From contig NC_018655.1 in the NCBI RefSeq assembly GCF_000299365.1, positions 870,001 through 902,000 on the forward strand: DNA of 32,000 nucleotides, given 5' to 3'. The stretch's first letter is position 1. Every line of letters starts with the position of its first letter. The stretch comes from Candidatus Nitrosopumilus koreensis AR1. GTDB lineage: Archaea > Thermoproteota > Nitrososphaeria > Nitrososphaerales > Nitrosopumilaceae. The notes below the pieces were generated by a model. That model ran no database searches, had not been told where the DNA came from, and saw nothing but the letters and a program-made list of their open reading frames with translations. Positions 25,252-32,000 of the stretch are shown here, one piece after another. The position numbers and the translations under genes are program-made.

Positions 25252-25809
25252 ATGCTTCCAAATGTTGAATCAATAAAACAAATGAGACAAAAGTTAGGAA
25301 TCACTCAAAAAAAACTTGCAGTGATGACAGGTGTGAGTACATCAATGATCAACCAGATAGAATCAGGAAGAAGTCAACCAAGCTATGAAACTGCAAAAAA
25401 AATTTTTGAGAATCTATCTAACCTTGAAAGCAGGTCATCATCTCACAAAGCAGGGGATTTTTGTAGTCAAGACATCATAAAGTTGAAACCATCAAACACA
25501 TTACATGATGCAATAAAAAAGATGCATCAATTATCAATTAGTCAAATTCCAGTATTTGATGGAAAAGAGATAGTAGGAGTTGTATCGGAAGATGGAATTG
25601 TAAAGCATCTGGCAGATGTTGGAGAAGCAGAATTAAAGAATGCAAAGCTTGCAGATACAATGGATCCTGTTCCACCAATAGTAGATTTTGAAACACCAGC
25701 AAATGTTCTTGTTCCATTAATTCGATACTCAAAATGTATATTGGTTACAAAAAAATCAAAAATAGTAGGAATCATTACTGCGTCAGATACATTAAAGATG
25801 ATGGAATAG
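25252..25809 (+). CDS. XRE-type HTH domain fused to a CBS-domain pair (putative regulator)
   Basis: The N-terminal LGITQKKLAVMTGVSTSMINQIESGRSQPS is an HTH_3/XRE motif. Two CBS-like repeats follow (ISQIPVFDGKEIVGVVSEDGI and ILVTKKSKIVGIITASD). Confidence 0.75.
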   Translation: MLPNVESIKQMRQKLGITQKKLAVMTGVSTSMINQIESGRSQPSYETAKKIFENLSNLESRSSSHKAGDFCSQDIIKLKPSNTLHDAIKKMHQLSISQIPVFDGKEIVGVVSEDGIVKHLADVGEAELKNAKLADTMDPVPPIVDFETPANVLVPLIRYSKCILVTKKSKIVGIITASDTLKMME

Positions 25810-25826
25810 TTATTTGTTAGATTTGT

Positions 25827-26225
25827 TTACTGTTTTGGATGAGCACAGAGTTCAGCCAAAACACCATGAAGTGATTTTGGATGGATAAAAGTGACTTTAG
25901 TGCCAGCAGAACCAGGTCTTATTTGACCTAAGAATTGAACACCACATCCTTCCATTCTTTCTACTTCACCCTCAATGTTGTCAGTTTCTAAAGCCATATG
26001 ATGTAGTCCTTGGCCTTTTTTTTCCAAGAATTTTTTGATAGGACTGTCATCATTTGTTGGTTGCATTAATTCAACACGTCCATTCTCTAAATGAATAATT
26101 GCAACTTTAACACCTTCAGATTCTACAGTTTCAAATTCTACGGAATCAACACCTAAAGCTTGTTGATATATTTTGGCAGATTCTTCAACATCATTTACTG
26201 CAATTGCAATATGATCAATCTTCAT
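25827..26225 (-). CDS. mce: Methylmalonyl-CoA epimerase (glyoxalase/VOC fold)
   Basis: The 132-aa protein has IDHIAIAVNDVEES, VELMQP, GLHHMALETDNI and FIHPKSLHGVLAEL. It lies immediately downstream of the mutase large subunit with no intergenic nucleotides. Confidence 0.85.
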   Translation of the reverse strand: MKIDHIAIAVNDVEESAKIYQQALGVDSVEFETVESEGVKVAIIHLENGRVELMQPTNDDSPIKKFLEKKGQGLHHMALETDNIEGEVERMEGCGVQFLGQIRPGSAGTKVTFIHPKSLHGVLAELCAHPKQ

Positions 26226-27824
26226 CTAAAATACCTCCTTTGGACGATATTCACCAAATACTTCACGAAACGCATTACTGATCTCACCAGTGGTGGCATA
26301 CGATTTTGCTGCAGTAATTATGTAAGGCATGAGATTATCATCGGTTTCAGCTGCACTTTGCATTGCAGATAACGCTTTTTCCCACTTCTTTTTGTCCCTA
26401 GACGCACGTAATTGTTTTAGTGCTTTTTTCTGCTGAATCTCAACTTTTCCACCAATTCGAAGTAATTCAGGTTGTTTTTCTTCCTCAACATATTTGTTAA
26501 CACCAACAAGAATTCTTTCACCGTCATCAGCTTCTTTCTTTAAACGATATGCATTTGCCCTAATTTCAGATTGGAAGAATCCCTTCTCAATTGCTTTTAC
26601 TGAACCACCCATCTTTTGGATTTTCTTAAGATACTTCCAAACACCATCTTCAATTTGGTCAGATAATTCTTCAAGATAATAAGAGCCACCAAGTGGATCT
26701 GCAGTCTTTGTGATTCCACTCTCATGAGCAACAATTTGCTGAGTTCTCAAGGCTATTTTTGCAGATTCTTGAGTTGGAAGAGCTAATGCTTCATCTCTAG
26801 AGTTTGTATGAAGTGATTGGGTACCGCCAGCTACTGCTGCCATTGTTTGAATTGCCACACGAATTATGTTGTTATCAGGTTGTTGTGCAGTTAGGGATTC
26901 ACCACTTGTTTGAGTATGGAATTTTAGTTGTAATGATTTTGGGTTTTTTGCATGGAACATTTCTTTGAGAATTTTTGCATAAACTTTTCTTGCAACTCTA
27001 AACTTTGCAACTTCCTCAAAGAACTCTATTGTACAACAAAAGAAAAATGACAAACGCGGTGCAAAGTCATCAATCTTTAGTCCTTTATCCAAACATGTTT
27101 GAATGTATGCAATTGCATTTGCCAATGTAAATGCAACTTCCTGTGTTGCAGTACAGCCTGCCTCTCTCATATGGTAACCAGAGATAGATACAGGATACCA
27201 TGAAGGAACTTTTTCGGCACAATATCCAATCATATCACCAATCAACCTCATTGAAGGTTGTGGTGGATAGATGTACGTATTTCTTGCAATGTATTCTTTG
27301 AGAATATCATTTTGAGTGGTTCCACGTAGTTCATGGCTTTTGAATCCTTGTGATTCTCCAACCGCAATATAGTATGCAAGCAGTGTTGATGCTGTAGAGT
27401 TAATTGTCATCGAAGAGCTTACTTTACCAAGTGGAATTCCATCAAAAGCAGTCATCATATCTTTAATTGAAGTAATAGAAACTCCGACTTTTCCAACTTC
27501 GCCTTCTGCTTGAGGAGAATCAGAATCATATCCAATTTGCGTAGGAAGGTCAAAAGCCATTGAAAGGCCGGTTTGTCCTTTTTCAAGCATGAACTTGAAT
27601 CGTTCATTAGTGAGTTTGGCATCACCAAATCCAGAATATTGTCTCATAGTCCAAAATCTATCACGAAACATTCCAGGATGAATTCCTCGAGTAAATGGGT
27701 ATTTACCAGCGTCTTCTACTGATCTTTTCTTAGATGATTTTTGATAGATTCGTTTTACTGGAAAACCAGAATCAGTAATGACTTTTTTTTCAGGTTGTTT
27801 TGATTTTGATTTTTTTGCTGCCAT
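26226..27824 (-). CDS. mcmA: Methylmalonyl-CoA mutase, catalytic (large) subunit without a B12-binding domain
   Basis: The 532-aa protein has FTRGIHPGMFRDRFWTMRQYSGFG, GQTGLSMAFDLPTQIGYDSD, ISGYHMREAG and SLHTNSRDEALALPT, all characteristic of the MCM TIM-barrel domain. Confidence 0.9.
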   Translation of the reverse strand: MAAKKSKSKQPEKKVITDSGFPVKRIYQKSSKKRSVEDAGKYPFTRGIHPGMFRDRFWTMRQYSGFGDAKLTNERFKFMLEKGQTGLSMAFDLPTQIGYDSDSPQAEGEVGKVGVSITSIKDMMTAFDGIPLGKVSSSMTINSTASTLLAYYIAVGESQGFKSHELRGTTQNDILKEYIARNTYIYPPQPSMRLIGDMIGYCAEKVPSWYPVSISGYHMREAGCTATQEVAFTLANAIAYIQTCLDKGLKIDDFAPRLSFFFCCTIEFFEEVAKFRVARKVYAKILKEMFHAKNPKSLQLKFHTQTSGESLTAQQPDNNIIRVAIQTMAAVAGGTQSLHTNSRDEALALPTQESAKIALRTQQIVAHESGITKTADPLGGSYYLEELSDQIEDGVWKYLKKIQKMGGSVKAIEKGFFQSEIRANAYRLKKEADDGERILVGVNKYVEEEKQPELLRIGGKVEIQQKKALKQLRASRDKKKWEKALSAMQSAAETDDNLMPYIITAAKSYATTGEISNAFREVFGEYRPKEVF

Positions 27825-27828
27825 AGTA

Positions 27829-28749
27829 TCACTTTAACATTGATTTTGTAATTTTATCTCCTGCATCAAATGGGTCTATATCTTTTGATTGTAATTTTTT
27901 CAAATACTTTGAAAATGTTTTATCAGAATCTAACATGTCATCAATCTTTTCACGTATGTTATTTAAAACAATATCTTTTAGTTCTTCCTCTAATCGTTCA
28001 ATGTCCTTTTCTTTCTTTGATTTCTTTTTTAATGCCATCATATTTTTGAGGGTTTTTGCAAATTCAGTGATTCCAGTATTCTTTTTTACAGAAGTTTTTA
28101 AAATTGAAGGGTTTCGGTCAGAATCACCAATAAAATCACGTACCGCATCAAACAACTGATTTGTTCCACTCAAATCACTCTTGTTTACTAGATAGATATC
28201 CCCAATTTCAGTAAGACCAGCTTTGATTGTTTGTATGCTGTCTCCCGTATTTGGATTAAAGACTACAACAGTGATATCTGCAATATTGGATATTTCAACT
28301 TCAGTTTGTCCAGCTCCCACACTTTCAATAATAATTGGATCAAACCCTGCATACTCTAAAACACGAATACTATTTCGTAGTGAGCGAGACACTGCACCAG
28401 TTGCACCACGAGACGCAATGCTGCGAATATAAGTTCCTGAATCAGTAGATTCGGTCATTCTAACTCTATCACCTAAAATTGCTCCACCAGTAACATGACT
28501 AGTAGGGTCAACTGCCAAAACTGCAGGTTTTGTACCTAGTTTTTTCAATGCGCCTACAGTCTTGTTAATTAGTGAACTTTTTCCAGCTCCTGCAGGTCCA
28601 GTAATTCCGATAATTATTGATGTCCCAGTATTTTTAAAAATTTTCTTTAAGAGTTTTTTTGATTCTTTTTGATCATTTTCGACCATAGTGATTGCTTTTG
28701 CAATAGCACCACGTTTTCCTTTTTTTAAATCAACAAGCAAATCCAACAT
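27829..28749 (-). CDS. meaB: MeaB/ArgK-type G3E GTPase (methylmalonyl-CoA mutase chaperone)
   Basis: It has a P-loop (GITGPAGAGKSSL), AVDPTS, GGAILGDRVRM, VGAGQTE and the NKSD GTPase specificity motif. Confidence 0.85.
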   Translation of the reverse strand: MLDLLVDLKKGKRGAIAKAITMVENDQKESKKLLKKIFKNTGTSIIIGITGPAGAGKSSLINKTVGALKKLGTKPAVLAVDPTSHVTGGAILGDRVRMTESTDSGTYIRSIASRGATGAVSRSLRNSIRVLEYAGFDPIIIESVGAGQTEVEISNIADITVVVFNPNTGDSIQTIKAGLTEIGDIYLVNKSDLSGTNQLFDAVRDFIGDSDRNPSILKTSVKKNTGITEFAKTLKNMMALKKKSKKEKDIERLEEELKDIVLNNIREKIDDMLDSDKTFSKYLKKLQSKDIDPFDAGDKITKSMLK

Positions 28750-28770
28750 AAAGTAGTCTTTAGAGGTGCA

Positions 28771-28777
28771 ATAAAAT
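28771..28777 (-). promoter_or_regulatory. TATA-like box upstream of meaB
   Basis: The minus strand reads TTTTATT. It is centred about 25 nt upstream of the meaB ATG (28749), inside the 40-nt gap after the 135-aa gene. This fits a leaderless transcript and is inferred only. Confidence 0.3.
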
Positions 28778-28789
28778 CTTGTATCCGAT

Positions 28790-29197
28790 CTAAGGTCTTG
28801 AATAAATCACAGGAGGAACAGGTTCACCTAATGGATGGATTTCAGTTTTTAGTTGAATATGACCCATTTCTGAATGTTCTATCTCCAACACAATTGGATG
28901 AATTGCCCAACCATATTTTGGTTCGTTTGAAAATGGAATAATTTCAATGAATTGTGAATCAGAAAATGTTTTTTGAAATGTTTCATCCATTCCGAGGATT
29001 TCCATTACAACAGAAGTGGTTTTTTCAGATTTATCTAAAAATGCAATTTCAACATGACCTGTGTCATAATAAACTGCATCTACTTGAAATGTTTGGCGAA
29101 GAATTTCCTTATCATCAGTTCCTCCACCAGTAAGAAAGACTAAAGCAAAAATAGTTAATATTCCAAGAGAGATTGCAGGAACAATTTTTCTTGCCAT
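28790..29197 (-). CDS. Small N-terminally membrane-anchored/secreted protein (hypothetical). The ORF-track N-terminus has been trimmed.
   Basis: I used the internal Met (complement of 29195-29197): MARKIVPAISLGILTIFALVFLTGGG.... This start lies 1 nt downstream of the aminopeptidase stop (29199-29201). The longer track ORF would overlap that gene by 140 nt. Confidence 0.55.
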   Translation of the reverse strand: MARKIVPAISLGILTIFALVFLTGGGTDDKEILRQTFQVDAVYYDTGHVEIAFLDKSEKTTSVVMEILGMDETFQKTFSDSQFIEIIPFSNEPKYGWAIHPIVLEIEHSEMGHIQLKTEIHPLGEPVPPVIYSRP

Positions 29198-29198
29198 G

Positions 29199-31691
29199 TT
29201 ATTTGAATTCTTTTCTAATCTGACGTAAGAATTTTGAGTGAATTCTAATTTTTTCAATTGTCTGGGCTTGAGTTCTTTCAGTTCCAGGAGTAGGATGAGA
29301 TTTGAAAAATGATTTAATGTCTTTTTCCATAGTGTCATCTGCCACTAGTGCAATACTAGCTACAATGCGATTAAACAAAGGATTTCCGTGTCCAACTTTT
29401 TTGCTCAACTTGTCCCAATTCTTCTTTAGCCAAGGCCACAAAATCTTTTTTCCATAAGGGTTTGCTGCAATTTTCATGATAGGTAATTGCATGTTTTGAG
29501 AGCGAACCTCAGAAGTTTGAGAGAATTGTAAGGTTTTGATTAATAATTTTTCATTTTGGAAGTTACACATTGCACCTAAGAATCGTAATTTTTCTTCAGT
29601 TGTTTTTGCTTTTTTGTATAATGAAATTAGTTGGGAATGAGTCTTTGCATTTCCAGTCCATGCTACAAGTGAAAATATTGGTTCTCGAATATCAGGATGA
29701 AGTGAGGAAGGTTTTTTCAAAAATTCTTTGAATTTAATTTGTGCTTGTTCAAGTATATTTTCATCACCAAGTTTACCTAATACAAAGATTGCAAAGCCTC
29801 TTAGAAATGCATCAGTGTGTTTGTCTGTCTTTTGTGGAGTCCAACCAAGATTTGATAAAATTTTTCTAAAGTAGTTAATTGTGTAACTGTGAATTTGTTC
29901 TGCATAATCTTCAAAGAAAGTCAATGATGATAAAGAGTTGAGGTTATTTGCAACATTTGTTTGCGGAAGATACGAATCTTCATCAAAATATGCATCTGAG
30001 AAATCTAAATAGTTTTCAACATCTTCTTTTCCTGCAACACACATTGCAAACAAGTCATTTTGTATCGCCCATCTATCTACAGGAGGGATTTGTTTTTGGT
30101 CTACCAACATCTTAAGATCAAGCAAGATACCATCATCATATTTTACACGATAAAATCCAGTACGTCCAATGTTTGCAACAAATCCAGGTCCTTTAGGTGA
30201 TTTTACAGTAATGGATTTCTTTGTTATGAGTTTAGTCTTTGTTTCTTTTCCTAAACCATAAGTTAACGGAACATGCCACAATCCTTTTTGAGTTTTCTTT
30301 GTAGGTTCCATCAAAAAGCGATTTTGTTTTATTACTAAGTCATTATTCTTTTGAGATATGTCAATCTGAGGAAATCCGGGCTGTTTTAGCCATGAATTTA
30401 CCATTGTGCTGACAGGCATTTTTGATGCTTTGCCAATTGCATTCCACAAATCTTGTCCTTTTGCATTTTCATACTTGAATGTAGAGAGATATTTTTTGAG
30501 ACCTGCCCTGAAATTGGCTTCGCCAACATAATTTTCAAGCATTCGCAAAATACAACCCCCCTTATCATATGATATCGCATCAAATATTTCTCGAATCTCA
30601 GCAGGAGAGTTTACTTTAACATCAATTGGATGAGTGGTCTTTAATGCATCTAGACCCATTGCAGTGTTCATCGCATCTTCAATGAATTGATCCCAAAGAT
30701 TCCATTCAGGATAAAACTTGTCAACAAATTTGGTCGCCATAAATGTTGCAAAGCTTTCATTTAGCCACAAATCATTCCACCATTTCATAGTAACAAGATT
30801 ACCAAACCATTGATGAGCAATTTCATGGGAAATTACTTCAGCAATGAACTGTTTTGTTCTAGTAGATGATGTTTTAGGATCATAAAGTAAGATTGTTTCT
30901 CTAAATGTTATTGCACCCCAATTCTCCATTGCTCCTGCCGCAAAATCAGGAATTGCAATCAAATCGAGTTTTGGTAACGGGTATTTTATTCCAAAGTATT
31001 TTTCATAAGATAAAAGTAACTTTTTTCCAAGTTCTAAAGAATATTTACCCTTTGATTTGTTTCCTTTTGTAGTTACAACTCTAATCTGAACTTTTCCAGT
31101 TTTTCCAATCAGGTATTCAAATTCACCCACACCAAGGTAAATCAAATAAGTTGACATAACAGGTGTTTTTTCAAATTGGTATAGTGTTTTATTTTTAAGT
31201 TTTTTCTTTGATTGAACTGGCATGTTTGATATCGCCGTAAACTTGTTATCAGCAATGATTGAGATTTCAAAGGTAGCCTTTGCTTCAGGTTCATCCCAAC
31301 ACGGGAATGCACGTCTTGCATCAGCTGCCTCAAACTGGGTAGTTGCAAGATATTTTGTTGTGTTACCTTGTTTGTATTGGCTGCGATAAAATCCCAATAA
31401 CCTGTCATTTAGAATTCCTTGAAATTCAAGATGAATTGTTGCTTCACCCTTAATTTTTTCTCCTAGTTTAATGGATAGACGTTCTTTCTTCTCATCAGTT
31501 TTTGGAGTGGATGTTATGATTTTTGAACCAAATTTCACAGTACAGGATTTTATTTTGATTTCTGCACAATCCATAGAAATAAGATTTGTTGGTTTTTTAC
31601 ACGAGACAGTAATGATTTCTGTTCCCAAGAAAATGAATTTTTTAAGATCTGGCTCAAATGTTAACTCATAATTTATGGGATTAACGTCCAC
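29199..31691 (-). CDS. M1-family zinc aminopeptidase (tricorn-interacting-factor F2/F3-like)
   Basis: It has the exopeptidase motif GAMENWG and the zinc motif HEIAHQWFGNLVT...WLNESFA (HExxH-x18-E). At 830 aa it has an ERAP1-like helical C-terminal domain. The start is GTG. Confidence 0.9.
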   Translation of the reverse strand: MDVNPINYELTFEPDLKKFIFLGTEIITVSCKKPTNLISMDCAEIKIKSCTVKFGSKIITSTPKTDEKKERLSIKLGEKIKGEATIHLEFQGILNDRLLGFYRSQYKQGNTTKYLATTQFEAADARRAFPCWDEPEAKATFEISIIADNKFTAISNMPVQSKKKLKNKTLYQFEKTPVMSTYLIYLGVGEFEYLIGKTGKVQIRVVTTKGNKSKGKYSLELGKKLLLSYEKYFGIKYPLPKLDLIAIPDFAAGAMENWGAITFRETILLYDPKTSSTRTKQFIAEVISHEIAHQWFGNLVTMKWWNDLWLNESFATFMATKFVDKFYPEWNLWDQFIEDAMNTAMGLDALKTTHPIDVKVNSPAEIREIFDAISYDKGGCILRMLENYVGEANFRAGLKKYLSTFKYENAKGQDLWNAIGKASKMPVSTMVNSWLKQPGFPQIDISQKNNDLVIKQNRFLMEPTKKTQKGLWHVPLTYGLGKETKTKLITKKSITVKSPKGPGFVANIGRTGFYRVKYDDGILLDLKMLVDQKQIPPVDRWAIQNDLFAMCVAGKEDVENYLDFSDAYFDEDSYLPQTNVANNLNSLSSLTFFEDYAEQIHSYTINYFRKILSNLGWTPQKTDKHTDAFLRGFAIFVLGKLGDENILEQAQIKFKEFLKKPSSLHPDIREPIFSLVAWTGNAKTHSQLISLYKKAKTTEEKLRFLGAMCNFQNEKLLIKTLQFSQTSEVRSQNMQLPIMKIAANPYGKKILWPWLKKNWDKLSKKVGHGNPLFNRIVASIALVADDTMEKDIKSFFKSHPTPGTERTQAQTIEKIRIHSKFLRQIRKEFK

Positions 31692-31762
31692 GATTCAGGT
31701 GATTTTGATACTCTTTAAGTAGATTTTCTATTAAAATGTAAATCAGAAAATCAAATAAAGCC

Positions 31763-31773
31763 TTTAAAATATA
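31763..31773 (+). promoter_or_regulatory. TATA-like box upstream of mcmB
   Basis: TTTAAAATATA is centred about 25 nt upstream of the ATG at 31793, which is the spacing expected for a leaderless archaeal mRNA. It lies in the 101-bp divergent spacer shared with the aminopeptidase gene. Confidence 0.4.
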
Positions 31774-31792
31774 CAAAATATCGAATAGTATC

Positions 31793-32000
31793 ATGAAGCA
31801 AAAGGCACAAACAAGAAACATCAAGATTCTAGTTGCAAAATTAGGCCTTGATGGACATGATAGAGGAGCACTTGTTTTGTGTAGAGCATTTAGAGATGCA
31901 GGAATGGAAGTAATCTATTCAGGACTATTTGCAACACCAGAGCGAGTAGCACAGATTGCAGAAGACGAAGATGTTGATGCAATTGCAATGAGTTTGCTAA
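31793..32000 (+). CDS. mcmB: Methylmalonyl-CoA mutase small subunit, B12-binding domain (the 3' end runs off the window)
   Basis: My own translation is [69 protein letters not shown]. It contains the cobalamin-binding D-x-H-x-x-G motif (DGHDRG). It is not in the ORF track because there is no stop within the window. Confidence 0.85.
   Translation, partial: MKQKAQTRNIKILVAKLGLDGHDRGALVLCRAFRDAGMEVIYSGLFATPERVAQIAEDEDVDAIAMSLL

Noticed and set aside
29198-29338. N-terminal 47 codons of the 182-aa track ORF.
   Set aside because: This would overlap the aminopeptidase 3' end by 140 nt. The internal Met at 29197 sits 1 nt after that gene's stop and begins a clean signal/anchor sequence.
1-32000. 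I searched for tRNA/rRNA genes (GC-rich islands), CRISPR-like spaced repeats, C/D-box sRNA motifs in intergenic gaps, and transposase/integrase genes or terminal repeats flanking the pilus locus.
   Set aside because: I could see none by eye. Every gap longer than 60 nt is AT-rich and promoter-like. The pilus locus shows no obvious mobile-element boundaries. Only a visual scan was possible, so short or degenerate repeats may have been missed.

Overview
This is a visibly AT-rich, densely packed archaeal chromosome segment. It is best explained as a Nitrosopumilus-like ammonia-oxidising thaumarchaeon. Supporting this (inference from family content): a 92-aa single-domain parvulin of the PinA/NmPin type, a short archaeal-type triosephosphate isomerase, a family-B DNA polymerase, pilins with class III signal peptides, and methylmalonyl-CoA epimerase/mutase/MeaB genes of the hydroxypropionate/hydroxybutyrate carbon-fixation cycle. 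I found no rRNA, tRNA, CRISPR array, transposase or integrase.

The one clearly accessory-looking block is a type IV pilus-like (Tad/Epd-like) locus at about 1.7-13.0 kb, arranged as two divergent operons.
- The minus strand carries a multi-zinc-ribbon protein, then three translationally coupled pilin-like genes. The third is split by a frameshift near a homopolymer and otherwise reads as a pilin-anchored surface protein of about 610 aa. After a gap come a probable major pilin and a 911-aa Ig-like-repeat surface protein.
- The plus strand carries a FlaI/PilB-type ATPase and two half-size TadB/TadC-like platform proteins.
- A 238-bp spacer with a perfect 12-bp hairpin and a TrmB-family regulator follow.

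The rest of the window is housekeeping: AKR, UbiA/MenA-like prenyltransferase, DUF2203, PPOX-like protein, parvulin, Hef-like helicase, dCMP deaminase, PolB, SemiSWEET-like protein, TpiA, PpdK, HTH-CBS regulator, Mce, McmA, MeaB, an M1 aminopeptidase and the B12-binding McmB fragment.

All functional calls come from reading motifs in the translations. No database search was run.
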